The notes under the pieces were generated by a model. It made no database searches and was not told the DNA's origin. It saw only the letters and a list, made by a program, of their open reading frames with translations. The position numbers and the translations under genes are program-made. A DNA stretch of 64,000 nucleotides from Nitrospirae bacterium MYbin3. Its GTDB lineage: Bacteria; Nitrospirota; Thermodesulfovibrionia; Thermodesulfovibrionales; Dissulfurispiraceae. The stretch's first letter is position 1. Every line of letters begins with the position of its first letter. Below, piece by piece: positions 29,538-40,123 of this stretch. The DNA lies in assembly GCA_002753335.1 (NCBI GenBank), contig PEAD01000009.1:1-64000 (forward strand). Direction: 5' to 3'.

Positions 29538-31114
29538 TTCCCTCCGAATTTATTTTTGATTTTTTCTGTAATGAAAAAAAGTTCTTCACTTTTCAAAATA
29601 CGCGCCGAAATCCCGAAGACCCCGAGACACAAAACAATGGTCCCACCGAGATGCAAAGCCTTATGTAGGCTGTTGCCGGATGAGGCCCATAGGGGGCTTA
29701 AGCTGACACTCAGCCCTGCTGCCGCCATTGCGACCGACGCCAGTACTGTCCTTAAAAAAGAGAGCATTATACTTTTTGTCCCAATGCCGCCAAGCCTCCT
29801 CCTGAGAAAATAAAACAACAGCATGAAGTTGCAGCAGGCCGCTATCGAATTTGCAAAAGCAAGACCGCTGTGCTTCATAGGCCCCATCAAGGCAAAACTG
29901 AGCGCTATATTTATCGCCATCCCTGCCGCCGCAATCTTAACCGGAGTTTTGGTATCCTGCATAGAATAAAAAACTGATGTAACAACCCTTACCCCCACAA
30001 TTGCCCATATGCCGACCGAGTAATACATAAGAGCATCTGCGGTGCCTACGGTCGCCTCATAACCGAATAATCCATGCTGAAATAACGTATTAACAATAGG
30101 AAGCTTTAAAGAGATAAGGCCTGCCATTGCCGGAACAGTTATAAAAAAAAGCAGCCTAAGCGCAAATGAAAAATCATCCTTCAATTTGCCGAAGTCCCCC
30201 TTGACCGCATGCTCGGAGAATGCCGGCAAAACAGCCATGCTCATAGCAACACCGAATATTCCGATCGGGAATTGAATAAGCCGCATCGAATAATAAAGAT
30301 AGGTTATGCTGCCGGTAACAAGGTACGAGGCTAAAATGGTGCTTACGAAAATATTTATTTGTGAAACCGCCATGCCGGCAGTTGATGGTATTATGAGTTT
30401 GCCGATCTTTTTCAGTCCGGGATGGTTCAAAATCTCCCTGAATGAAACTTTAAGGTGGATCCTGTATCCGCTTTTAACAAAAGACGGAACCTGAAACAAC
30501 ACCTGCACCAACCCTCCTGCAGTAACACCAACAGCAACAGACACTATAGGATTTATAAATTTTGAGGAGAGCGTAACGACACATAAGATGGTAACAATGT
30601 TAAGCAATGCCGGGGCGAGCGCCGGAATAAAAAAGATTTTTTTTGTATTGAGTGCGCCCATAAGCAGCGCAGCCATGCTTGTAAAAAGGAGAAACGGAAA
30701 CATTATTCTGGTAAGCAGCACCGCACTTTCAAACTTTACACTATCTGTCAAAAATCCAGGGGCTATTAAGGCAACAATCTGGGGCGCAAATACAACACCC
30801 AAGAGGCAGAGCATGCCAACAAAAAACAATATAAAAACAAATGTGACGTTGACGAGCCTGTTTGCCTTATCCTCTCCTTGTTTGTTTCGATATTCTGTCA
30901 GTACAGGCACAAAGGCAGAGGACATCGACCCTTCAGCAAAAAGCTCTCTCAGAAGATTTGGAATTCTGAAGGCCACAAAAAAAACATCTGCATAACTGGA
31001 AGCTCCGAAAAAGCCTGCCAGTATCATGTCTTTTACATAACCGAGTATCCGGCTTATCAATGTAGCCGCAGACATCACGCCCGCAGCCTTAGCTATCCTG
31101 TCTTGTGAACTCAT
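29534..31114 (-). CDS. murJ: Lipid II flippase MurJ
   Basis: SRILG, AFRIPNLLRELFAEG, QDTKTP; many TM helices. Confidence 0.95.
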   Translation of the reverse strand: MSSQDRIAKAAGVMSAATLISRILGYVKDMILAGFFGASSYADVFFVAFRIPNLLRELFAEGSMSSAFVPVLTEYRNKQGEDKANRLVNVTFVFILFFVGMLCLLGVVFAPQIVALIAPGFLTDSVKFESAVLLTRIMFPFLLFTSMAALLMGALNTKKIFFIPALAPALLNIVTILCVVTLSSKFINPIVSVAVGVTAGGLVQVLFQVPSFVKSGYRIHLKVSFREILNHPGLKKIGKLIIPSTAGMAVSQINIFVSTILASYLVTGSITYLYYSMRLIQFPIGIFGVAMSMAVLPAFSEHAVKGDFGKLKDDFSFALRLLFFITVPAMAGLISLKLPIVNTLFQHGLFGYEATVGTADALMYYSVGIWAIVGVRVVTSVFYSMQDTKTPVKIAAAGMAINIALSFALMGPMKHSGLAFANSIAACCNFMLLFYFLRRRLGGIGTKSIMLSFLRTVLASVAMAAAGLSVSLSPLWASSGNSLHKALHLGGTIVLCLGVFGISARILKSEELFFITEKIKNKFGGK

Positions 31115-31179
31115 TCCCCATTATCCTTAGTTTTAATTGCGTATTATATCAGCTTGAAGAAATAAAAATGCAGAAAGCA

Positions 31180-32049
31180 TTATGCAGAAAAACCCCAGAA
31201 TATCCGTTCTATGGCGGAATAATCTTTATGGAAAGCGATATCTATAAAACCATTGTCCAGAGCTATTTTACGAATATCATCGGACTGGTCATGGCCTATT
31301 TCAAGGACAAGTAACCCACTGGGCTTTAAATATTCTTTAGCACCTGAAAAGATCCTTCGGTAAAAAACAAGCCCATCTTCACCGCCGTCGAGCGCCCCTA
31401 CAGGCTCATAATCCCTTATCTCTCGCTGAAGCCCGCTAATGTCTTTCGTCCTTATGTATGGAGGATTTGAAACGATTACATCAAACTTCTCGCCTTCTAC
31501 CGGAGAGAACAGATCACCTTTAAAAAATCTGACGTTGCAAATATCATTAGAATCGGCGTTCGCTATCGCATATCTAAATGCAGCATCAGACTGTTCAACA
31601 CCACAGACATCGGCATTGGGGAAATGGCTTGCTATAGCCAATGCAATGCAGCCGCTGCCTGTGCAAAGATCAAGAACAGACACAGGCCCCGCTTTAATTT
31701 TTAAATATTCGATAACCTTTTCTGCCAAAAGCTCCGTCTCTGGCCGTGGTATCAGAACGCCATCGCCTACTTTTATTTTCAAGCCTAAAAAATCCAGATG
31801 CCCAATTATGTATTGAAGCGGTTCGCCTTTCAGGCGTCTTTCAGCCGCGCTGCTTATCGTGTCCATCTGCTGATCGGATATGATGAGGCTGCCCGAATAG
31901 AGCACAGACGTATCAATATCAAGAACCCCGGCAATCAAAGCCTCTGCCTCTTTTGAGGGATTGTCCATACTGCATGACTTTAAAAGAGCTGTGACTTGAT
32001 TTAGAATCTTATGTATCTCTTTTTCCCTGCCCATATCACCATTTTTCAA
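31180..32049 (-). CDS. prmC: Release factor glutamine methyltransferase
   Basis: GEPLQYI, LIPRPETE, DLCTGSG, SNPPY; true start may be ATG 32034. Confidence 0.95.
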   Translation of the reverse strand: MKNGDMGREKEIHKILNQVTALLKSCSMDNPSKEAEALIAGVLDIDTSVLYSGSLIISDQQMDTISSAAERRLKGEPLQYIIGHLDFLGLKIKVGDGVLIPRPETELLAEKVIEYLKIKAGPVSVLDLCTGSGCIALAIASHFPNADVCGVEQSDAAFRYAIANADSNDICNVRFFKGDLFSPVEGEKFDVIVSNPPYIRTKDISGLQREIRDYEPVGALDGGEDGLVFYRRIFSGAKEYLKPSGLLVLEIGHDQSDDIRKIALDNGFIDIAFHKDYSAIERIFWGFSA

Positions 32050-32106
32050 CCGTTGATATTATCCCATAAAATAAACTAAACTGACCAAATTCAGGACTAA
32101 AAACCA

Positions 32107-32583
32107 ATGAGCAAAAAAATAAAAAAAATACATGCCCCCTCCTGCGACTGGAAAGCCCCGGTTAAGACTGATTCTGCCACAAAAAACAAAGACAGGATTA
32201 ATCGCTACAAAGGCGATGGCAAATGGGCTGGCGTAAAAGTTGAGAAATACAAAAACCAAGCCGGCGGATGGGCATCGATAGCCAGAAATGTTCTGATAGG
32301 AAACTGTGGAGAATCGGCAAAGTTTCACCTTAGATATTTTGAGATATCCCAAGGAGGCTTCAGCAGCCTTGAAAAGCACAGGCACGAACATGTGGTCATC
32401 TGTATAAGAGGCAAGGGTAAAATTCAAATCGGAAAGAAAAAACAGACACTAAATTTTTTAGATGTGGCTTACATTGCGCCAAATACAGCGCATCAACTCT
32501 CAAATCCCTGCACTGAACAGTTCGGTTTTTTCTGTATAGTTAACGCAAAAAGGGACAGGCCTACACAAATTAAAAAAGTTTAG
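32107..32583 (+). CDS. Cupin domain protein
   Basis: LRYFEI..GG.SSLEKHRHEH..H cupin motif. Confidence 0.85.
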   Translation: MSKKIKKIHAPSCDWKAPVKTDSATKNKDRINRYKGDGKWAGVKVEKYKNQAGGWASIARNVLIGNCGESAKFHLRYFEISQGGFSSLEKHRHEHVVICIRGKGKIQIGKKKQTLNFLDVAYIAPNTAHQLSNPCTEQFGFFCIVNAKRDRPTQIKKV

Positions 32584-34838
32584 TAAAGTTCGCCGAACTT
32601 GCGTTCGTCTATCTTGCCTTCAAGAAAAGCTTCAAGCATCTTCGATTTTACCGATGCCTTAAGTTCATCAACACTCTTGCTCAATTGTTCTGCAGTTATA
32701 AGCCCTTTTTCAAAAGCGGCTTTAAGCTTAGATTTCGCGATATCAACATGCATTATTTTTGCGCGCTCCCAGTTGCGGGTCACCGGAAAGTTCCCGGTTC
32801 CTGAAATCTGAGGAATCTGCTCAACTCCCTTCAGTTTTCTGACCGCCTTCGGCACATTTTCTTTGATGTATCTGGCAATATCATCAACACTATTCCATAC
32901 ATCTTTGTTCGACCTGCCGGTAAGGCTTTCGATAAAGTAATGGCTGAAGATGCCTGATTTTAGCTCTGTCTCGTCTTCCCATGATTGCTGATTAACAGCT
33001 GAAGAAGTAATTATGACTTTCTGCTGACCTTGAACCTTTATCAACTCGGAAGAGGCCATCATTCCCACCAATGGTTTGCCGCCTTTCGGTATAATCGACT
33101 TCCCTCCTCCGGTAAAGCAGGCATCAAGGGCAACCATCACGCCTTTGGCCTGTGATGAATCAACAAGCTCTTTGAGATATGATATTTTGATGCTCGTATC
33201 CTCCATCGCTTCAGGATCGGTCACAACCGCATCATAGGGAACAAGAAAGCCGTCCGAGAATTTATCGTCCTTAGTTTTAGGCGCTCCGTGCCCCGAATAA
33301 TAGACATACACATAGCCGTCCCAGTTTTTTGCCTTTCTCAATGCAGCCACCATCTCGTTTCTGGTCGCCTTCTCGTTGAGCAGCAGCATAACATTTTCTT
33401 GAGGAACCCCTCCGTAATATGGGTCGGTGAATATGTCATAAACCTTTTTGGCATCGCTGGATGCAAACTGGAGATTAGGAATATCCTGGCGTCCCTTGTA
33501 GTCAATGCCTATGATTACAGCGTAAGTATCGGTGCGCAGAGGCGCCGACTTATCGTCAGTCTGGGTTCTGAATGAAGGTCTTTGTTGAGGAGCCGAAGAT
33601 GCATAAGCCCTGCCGCCTTTCTTTTTAGAGAGTATTGGAATGACAAGCTCTTCGACGTCCATCCGCATTTCTGCCGAGCCTACGCGCAGCCTTATATCCT
33701 TTTCAACACCTTCCCTTATAATTCTCATCGTGGCCATAAGCCCGGGAGTAAGCACTTTTACCTTATTAAAAAAATCGCCGTCGTCTTTGATAGCCTCATT
33801 ATTTAGGCTGAGTATTATATCACCCTTCATTATCCCTGCAGACTCGGCCGGCCCTCCCTTGGTTACAGCGTCAACCTCAACTCCGAATACTGTGCCTTTG
33901 CTGTAACTTTTAGAGTTTACACCCACCATCCCCTTGCCGCCCCTGAATTGCCATGCTCTTTCTTTGTCGCCAATCGCATAATACATCATCGACAGCTCAT
34001 AGCTCGAATCGTATTGCTGTGCCTCTTTTGCCTTCTTAATAAGTCCAAATGCGGTTTCGGCATCTCCCATCCCAAGATAAGACCACGCCTTGCCGCGATA
34101 ACCGGACTGAATGGTCTCTTTGTCGATATTTGCGGTCTCCAAAAGTTTATTAAAATCTTTTAACGCCTCTTCGAAATTGCCGATGAAATAATTGGACCAG
34201 CCCCTGCCTGTTATCGCATAAGTCAACTTAGAGTCGAGTTGAAGGGCCTTGTTGAAATTTTTGGCAGCCTCTTCGTATTTGTTTTTATTGTAGTATGACC
34301 AGCCTAAATTGCCGTATGCTGTACCGTCATCTTTCATCTCAACAGACCTTTTGAAATATTCTATCGCATCATCATACTGCCCGAGCTGATAGTGGCCATA
34401 ACCGATATTGGTCAAAAACACAGGCTGTTTTGGGTCAACCGCAATCGCCTCTTTCATAAGTGTAATAATCGCACTAAATTGCTTTGAGTTGCGCAGCTCC
34501 TCAAACTGTGCGACATAGGCGTCCCTTATGCCATCCCAGCACTCTCTTTCGAGCTCCACCCTCTGGGGTCTGTGCTCTATCGCTTTTTTATAAGACTCAA
34601 TAGACTTGCGGTAGTCTTTGTTGCGGTAATAGGCGTGGCCAAGCCAGCGGTAATGGTTGCTGTATCCCGCAATATTCGGAGAGTAAGACACCACTTCAGG
34701 CATGGTCCAGTAAGAAATAGCGAGGCCGTACTGTCCCCTGTCATAGGCGCTTTTGCCTTCGAGCCAATAACCTGAGGGTGATATGCAGCTTGATATTAAA
34801 AGAACAAACAGCAGGTAGAAAAACAGGTGCCGCTTCAT
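32580..34838 (-). CDS. Lipoprotein with TPR repeats, PDZ domain and caspase-family (C14) peptidase domain
   Basis: Lipobox LISSC; TPR repeats; PDZ signature GGPAESAGIMKGDII; YYSGHG and LDACF dyad. Confidence 0.88.
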   Translation of the reverse strand: MKRHLFFYLLFVLLISSCISPSGYWLEGKSAYDRGQYGLAISYWTMPEVVSYSPNIAGYSNHYRWLGHAYYRNKDYRKSIESYKKAIEHRPQRVELERECWDGIRDAYVAQFEELRNSKQFSAIITLMKEAIAVDPKQPVFLTNIGYGHYQLGQYDDAIEYFKRSVEMKDDGTAYGNLGWSYYNKNKYEEAAKNFNKALQLDSKLTYAITGRGWSNYFIGNFEEALKDFNKLLETANIDKETIQSGYRGKAWSYLGMGDAETAFGLIKKAKEAQQYDSSYELSMMYYAIGDKERAWQFRGGKGMVGVNSKSYSKGTVFGVEVDAVTKGGPAESAGIMKGDIILSLNNEAIKDDGDFFNKVKVLTPGLMATMRIIREGVEKDIRLRVGSAEMRMDVEELVIPILSKKKGGRAYASSAPQQRPSFRTQTDDKSAPLRTDTYAVIIGIDYKGRQDIPNLQFASSDAKKVYDIFTDPYYGGVPQENVMLLLNEKATRNEMVAALRKAKNWDGYVYVYYSGHGAPKTKDDKFSDGFLVPYDAVVTDPEAMEDTSIKISYLKELVDSSQAKGVMVALDACFTGGGKSIIPKGGKPLVGMMASSELIKVQGQQKVIITSSAVNQQSWEDETELKSGIFSHYFIESLTGRSNKDVWNSVDDIARYIKENVPKAVRKLKGVEQIPQISGTGNFPVTRNWERAKIMHVDIAKSKLKAAFEKGLITAEQLSKSVDELKASVKSKMLEAFLEGKIDERKFGELY

Positions 34839-34844
34839 CGGAGA

Positions 34845-35969
34845 TTAAATATCCTTGAGCTTCTTAAGAAGTTCCCTTGCTTTTTCTATGTCTTCCTTTG
34901 CCTTTTTATGGGTGGGATCAATTTCAAGCGTGTACTCCCATTCGGAAACAGCCTTCTGGTAGTTGTTGTTTATATAGAAGTTTACACCCTTTTTATAGGA
35001 ATCCTCAGCCTTGCCCTTCACTATCTTCTTTGTCGAATCGATGTAACTAGCAACATCACGGTAGCCGGCATCAATCAGGCTGAACAACTTAAGAGACTCA
35101 GAATATTTTTCACCCTTAACAAGAGCGACTCCCACCTGATAATAAAAATCGTTCTTAACATCCTTTTCTACATTGAAGTTCATTATCTGATAGGCAATGG
35201 CTAAAGCCTCGCCGTATTTGTGAGAATTAACAAAAGCGACAGCCTTTGATATCATTTCCTTTACGTTTACATTTGTATCTTTCTCGGATTTTGCAGCCCC
35301 TAATTTTGCGGCCTCTATGTTAGCCATCTGCTTAGGCTCCGAACCGGTGATAGGCACACGCAGAACCGTGCCCGGCTCCAGATTGGCTTTGACATCGACA
35401 TTGTTGAAAAAGGCTATAAGAAAATCCTTATCAGGATCACTATACGCCTGCTCAGCAATCTCCTGAAGGGTAGCGCTCCTCTTTATCTCGAAATACCTGA
35501 AATTATCCTCTTCAGCCTTGCCCTGAAGATAGTCCAATGCCTCACGGTGAGCAGGATTATAAAGCAGCGCAGCCAAAAATTCTTTTCTAGCCTCGTTAAA
35601 AGATTTGTTTCTGTGATGGTTCACACCTCGATCAAAGTGGCTCTCGGCAAGCTTCTTTATCTTGGCCTTCAAATCCCTTACCTTCTGAGATATCTCGGCA
35701 TCATTGGGAACAAACCCGCTCACTATCTGCCAGCATTGAAGAGCCTTTACAAATTCTGCGTTCTTCTCATACTCACCGGCCATTTCCTGATACTTTTCGA
35801 AAAGTTCCACAAAAGGATCATCCAGATTTAAATTGTACATTAGAGGCTTGAAAAACTTGTCCTTAATCTCGTCCAGTTTATCGCCTTTTTGTTCTGCCGC
35901 ATAGGCAGGCAGGCTTACACAAAGAGCCAGCATAAAGATAATAGCCTTCAAATGATTTCTCATTTCCAT
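34845..35969 (-). CDS. Exported TPR-repeat protein with central LysM-like domain
   Basis: Signal peptide ending AYA; TPRs; YFEIKRSATLQEIAEQAY..FNN..LEPGTVLRVP LysM pattern. Confidence 0.8.
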   Translation of the reverse strand: MEMRNHLKAIIFMLALCVSLPAYAAEQKGDKLDEIKDKFFKPLMYNLNLDDPFVELFEKYQEMAGEYEKNAEFVKALQCWQIVSGFVPNDAEISQKVRDLKAKIKKLAESHFDRGVNHHRNKSFNEARKEFLAALLYNPAHREALDYLQGKAEEDNFRYFEIKRSATLQEIAEQAYSDPDKDFLIAFFNNVDVKANLEPGTVLRVPITGSEPKQMANIEAAKLGAAKSEKDTNVNVKEMISKAVAFVNSHKYGEALAIAYQIMNFNVEKDVKNDFYYQVGVALVKGEKYSESLKLFSLIDAGYRDVASYIDSTKKIVKGKAEDSYKKGVNFYINNNYQKAVSEWEYTLEIDPTHKKAKEDIEKARELLKKLKDI

Positions 35970-36946
35970 TCGAGCACCTCACGCCTGAAAAGCGACAGGC
36001 TTCTTTCGAACATGGACAAAGTGAAGTTTCCGGCAATCACCGAACGGTTAATGCGGTCGCGCTGAACAAAAAAAGGATTGCCTTCCTGTTTTACGGCAAA
36101 TGCACCCTGAAAATCATGCCTCCTAACTATCTCGCTGACAAGAATATTCGGCTCACTAAGAGGATATGCAAGATATCTAAGCTCTTTTTTCAGCTCATTA
36201 CGCATGACTAATTTCGATGACGAAATGCTCTCGTTCACCGTATCAAAAAGACTACGTGACAACTCCTTTTTATCGAGCTTGCCCATTTTTGCAATAGACT
36301 TGCTCTGACACTCTATGCTAATTCCGCTTTTCGACATCTCGCTGAGAATATCCCATGAAGGAGGCGCATTGCTGTCCGCAATATCGTCCACATCAATAAA
36401 CAAAACCGCAGGATAACCGTATTTTTTCAGAATCGGATAAGCAATATCATAGACGTTTTTCCAGTCGTCCTCAAAGGTTATAAGCACAGATTTCTTGGGA
36501 AGCCTTATTTTAAAATCGAGGAATGCAGCGAACTGATCTATAGTGATCACATTAAAGCTGTTCTCTTTTAAAAACTTCATCTGGTCTTCTAATGACTCTT
36601 TCAGCACAGCGCCTTTATCCAGCCTGTTGGTAGTAAGCTTCTGGTAGGCAATAACAGGCACAGTCTGGTACCCTTTAGCTGTCAAGCCTCCTTTTTCGGG
36701 TTCACTGAGAGGTATTATCAGCTTCTGTCCGGGCGAGACCGCAGTTATATCGTTGAACTCAGAAATAATCCAGTCTTTAGACGGATCCTTTAGATGTGTT
36801 GCAGCAAGTGATTGAAGTGTTTCCCCGGGCTGAACCATGATTGCCGTATATCCATTTAGGTCTTTCGAGGAAGACGTTGTAACACAACCTGAAATACAAA
36901 ACAATGCAACTAGTATAAATACAACAAAGCTACGACCCAAAATCAT
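35960..36946 (-). CDS. LysM plus polysaccharide deacetylase-like lipoprotein with degenerate catalytic motifs
   Basis: Lipobox ISGC; VQPGETLQSLA..FN..PGQKLIIP LysM; NodB-like ITFEDD, AYPILKKYGYPA, LAYP. Confidence 0.85.
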   Translation of the reverse strand: MILGRSFVVFILVALFCISGCVTTSSSKDLNGYTAIMVQPGETLQSLAATHLKDPSKDWIISEFNDITAVSPGQKLIIPLSEPEKGGLTAKGYQTVPVIAYQKLTTNRLDKGAVLKESLEDQMKFLKENSFNVITIDQFAAFLDFKIRLPKKSVLITFEDDWKNVYDIAYPILKKYGYPAVLFIDVDDIADSNAPPSWDILSEMSKSGISIECQSKSIAKMGKLDKKELSRSLFDTVNESISSSKLVMRNELKKELRYLAYPLSEPNILVSEIVRRHDFQGAFAVKQEGNPFFVQRDRINRSVIAGNFTLSMFERSLSLFRREVLEWK

Positions 36947-38376
36947 TTTTTATCCTTGATAGATAGGACTTTGAAAGTCTCGACCGGCTCTGTCTTTCCT
37001 TTTATCTTCTGCGGAGGCAGGGCCTCGACCGTTATAATATCTTTAAGTTTTTCGTAAATTCCTTTGCTTACCACCGTCTCGCCGTCCTTAGCAAGTCCGT
37101 TAAGTCTTGATGCCACGTTCACAGTATCGCCGATAGCCGTATATTCCATCTTTATATCAGAACCTAAATTACCGGAAACAACAACACCTGAATTCACACC
37201 TATGCCTATCCTCGACAGAAGAACGTTCTTGCCGGATGCTCCAGCCTTATTCAGCTCTTTCTGCATAGCAAGACAGGCCCGTACCGCCCTCTCCACATGG
37301 TCTTCATGCTTTACAGGCACTCCAAACAAGCCAAGCACAGCATCGCCAACGAACTTGTCAACATGCCCGCCGTGGTCAAGAATGGCCTTAGTTGCTATCT
37401 CAAAATATTCGTTAAGCGATTCTACGATCTCTTCAGGTTCATGAGTTTCTGAATATGCAGTAAATCCTCTTATGTCTGTAAACAAAACAGTGGCTTCATT
37501 ACGCATGCCCTTAAGCCATGTCTGCTCAGGATTCTCCATGATCATCTTAACAATCTCGGGGCTCACATATTTGCCAAAGCTTGCCTTCATGGTTTCCTTA
37601 AGACCAAGCTCCTCTGCCATATAATTGAAAGATGATGAAAGGTCGCCCAGTTCATCATTCTGTTTAATATCTACCCTATGCTTAAAATTGCCCTTACCGA
37701 TTTCCCTTGTGGCTCTAACAAGCTTGGATATAGGCTTTGCAAGCCCTATTCCCATAATTATAGCTATAACTATACCGCCTAAAATTATGAAAGAAGCCAC
37801 CATCAAAATAAACAGCGCCTCTTTCTTTATCATCTTCTCGATAAAATCAACCGAGATGCCTACATGCACCTCTCCGAGCACTTTGTCCTGAATCTTTACT
37901 TGCCTCGAAAGATTAAGGATATTGGATCCGGCAGATGTTACATATTGATAGAAAGTTACGGTGCCATCCGAAACAGCATCTTTGGTCTGTCCGAAAGGCT
38001 GAAACGGCTTGCCTATCTGGTTGCTGTCTGTATGGGCCTTAACAATTCTTTCTCTGTCAATAATTATTCCGTAAAGCAACCCCTCGGTAGAAGATGTTTC
38101 CTTTATAAGCTTATTCAGCTCAAGTATGTTGTCGTTCAAAAGCGGAATGCTTGCGTTGCTCACAAAATAGTTAAGGCTTATCTTGCCGGTTTCTATGGTT
38201 TGAACATAGAGCTGTTCTTTTTGTTTGTTAAGGAAGATAACACTTAAAGCTAATATGGTTAAACCAATTACTATGGTAAAAGCGATAGCAAGCTTTACCT
38301 TTATAGAAACCCTTAACCCTGAATTCTCATTCTCTGAAACAACTGCTTGGCTGATATCTGTTTTATCTGTATTCAT
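36943..38376 (-). CDS. Membrane class III adenylate cyclase (periplasmic sensor, HAMP, catalytic domain)
   Basis: Two TMs, HAMP (DELGDLSSSFNYM), VLFTDIRGFT, DKFVGDA, YTAIGDTVNVASRL. Confidence 0.92.
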   Translation of the reverse strand: MNTDKTDISQAVVSENENSGLRVSIKVKLAIAFTIVIGLTILALSVIFLNKQKEQLYVQTIETGKISLNYFVSNASIPLLNDNILELNKLIKETSSTEGLLYGIIIDRERIVKAHTDSNQIGKPFQPFGQTKDAVSDGTVTFYQYVTSAGSNILNLSRQVKIQDKVLGEVHVGISVDFIEKMIKKEALFILMVASFIILGGIVIAIIMGIGLAKPISKLVRATREIGKGNFKHRVDIKQNDELGDLSSSFNYMAEELGLKETMKASFGKYVSPEIVKMIMENPEQTWLKGMRNEATVLFTDIRGFTAYSETHEPEEIVESLNEYFEIATKAILDHGGHVDKFVGDAVLGLFGVPVKHEDHVERAVRACLAMQKELNKAGASGKNVLLSRIGIGVNSGVVVSGNLGSDIKMEYTAIGDTVNVASRLNGLAKDGETVVSKGIYEKLKDIITVEALPPQKIKGKTEPVETFKVLSIKDKK

Positions 38377-38479
38377 AAAGTTTAGTTTCTCCGAAAAAGC
38401 ATCTTAATGTCAAGACTGTGATGATTTTTTTGTGATTTAAACGGTAATATAGTTTACTAAATCTTCTGACACTTTTAAA

Positions 38480-39124
38480 ATGGAAAACATTAAAACTGAT
38501 CCACTTATAGAGCAGAAACTGCTTCTCAGCGAGCAGGAATCGGTAATCGTGCTTGAGCGCATCTCAAAGATTAAAGACGCCTCTATGGGCAACCACAGCC
38601 TGCGCACCGGACACTATGCAAGGCTCATTGCCGAAAACATAGGCATGAGCAAAGAAGATCAGGACATTATTTTTCATGCGGCTCAGATACACGATATCGG
38701 CAATGTCTGCATATCCGACAAAATACTTTTCAAGCCCGGCAAACTGACTGATGAAGAATTCAAAATTGTTAAGAGCCACACAATCGAAGGATACCAGTTT
38801 CTGAAAGACCGTGAAAATCGTTACTTAAAAGCTGCCGCAATAATCGCACTCACTCATCATGAGAGGCTTGACGGGAGCGGATATCCGCATGGCTTATTGA
38901 GCCCAGACATACCAGTATGGGGCAAGATTATGGCTGTGGTTGACGTGTTTGATGCACTGACCTCAAAAGGCCCATATAGAGAGCCGTGGACTATAAATGA
39001 CGCAGCAGCGGTACTAGCAAAAAATAAAGGAATCCTCTTCGCCACCGAATTCGTTGATATATTCATACTGCATCTTGATAAAATAAACGAAATACGCCTT
39101 AACCTCAGCGACTCACAACTATAA
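38480..39124 (+). CDS. HD-GYP domain phosphodiesterase
   Basis: HDIG, HHERLDGSGYP, DVFDALT..PY. Confidence 0.9.
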   Translation: MENIKTDPLIEQKLLLSEQESVIVLERISKIKDASMGNHSLRTGHYARLIAENIGMSKEDQDIIFHAAQIHDIGNVCISDKILFKPGKLTDEEFKIVKSHTIEGYQFLKDRENRYLKAAAIIALTHHERLDGSGYPHGLLSPDIPVWGKIMAVVDVFDALTSKGPYREPWTINDAAAVLAKNKGILFATEFVDIFILHLDKINEIRLNLSDSQL

Positions 39125-40060
39125 TCTTCTTGCAGCCTCAAGCTTATCAATGCAGCTAAGAATGTCCTCAGGCATATCTGCGTTGAATTCAAGATATTCT
39201 CCGGTTATGGGGTGAATAAATCCAAGCGTTTCAGCATGAAGCATCTGGCGTGGAAAATCTATCTGCCCTTTCCCGATTTTAAGCGCATTTTTTCTTCCGT
39301 AGGCGTCATCTCCCAACACCGGATGGCCTATTGCCGCAAAATGGACACGAATCTGATGGGTCCTGCCTGTGCCAAGCTTGGCAGATATCAGAGCCGCATG
39401 CCCAAACCTTTTTACGACCCTCCATGCGGTGAATGCCGGCTTCCCGCGACGAACACGTGTTGACATGCGCTTCCGGTCAGAATCGGACCTGCCGATATTT
39501 TTTTCTATCACGCCCGAATCGTCCTTGAAATCTCCAAGCACGAGCGCCTTATAGACCCTGTTAATAGTCCTTTCCCTGAACTGCTCCACAAGGTTATAGT
39601 AGGCCTCATCAGAAAGAGCCACGACCATAACGCCTGACGTGTCCTTGTCAAGCCTGTGAACAACTCCCGGCCTGAGCGGAGAGCCTATTGACGCCAGCTT
39701 TTTGCAATGGTAGGCAACTGCATTCATAATAGTATTGCCTGTGTGGCCCGCCGCTGGATAAATCACAAGGCCTGCAGGTTTATCAATAACAACAATATGC
39801 TCGTCCATAAGCAGTATTTTAATCGGAATATTTTGTGGAACGAGGCATAAATTATCCTCCTCCTGCCTGTTCACCTCAATCTCGTCCGATGCTTTTATCT
39901 TGTAATTCGGAGATTCAGGATTGCCGTTGACCAGCACAAAGCCATATTTAATAAGCCTCTGCGCCTGAGAACGCGTTATACCGGCCTTCTCCGAAACAAG
40001 AAAGTCAAGACGCTTAGATGCGTCATCCGGGCAAATTTCAAGATAGTTATCTGACGTCAT
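39119..40060 (-). CDS. rluD: RluD-like 23S rRNA pseudouridine synthase
   Basis: S4 domain, RPGVVHRLDKDTSG, TGRTHQIRVH, LHA. Confidence 0.88.
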   Translation of the reverse strand: MTSDNYLEICPDDASKRLDFLVSEKAGITRSQAQRLIKYGFVLVNGNPESPNYKIKASDEIEVNRQEEDNLCLVPQNIPIKILLMDEHIVVIDKPAGLVIYPAAGHTGNTIMNAVAYHCKKLASIGSPLRPGVVHRLDKDTSGVMVVALSDEAYYNLVEQFRERTINRVYKALVLGDFKDDSGVIEKNIGRSDSDRKRMSTRVRRGKPAFTAWRVVKRFGHAALISAKLGTGRTHQIRVHFAAIGHPVLGDDAYGRKNALKIGKGQIDFPRQMLHAETLGFIHPITGEYLEFNADMPEDILSCIDKLEAARRL

Positions 40061-40123
40061 AGTTGATGATAAGACTCTGGAAATTCAATCTACAGTTGAG
40101 CTCATGAGAACAACTCGTGTTTT

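Noticed and set aside
32059..32427. 122-aa minus-strand ORF upstream of prmC (prfA expected)
   Set aside because: No GGQ or release-factor similarity; it is antisense to the cupin gene
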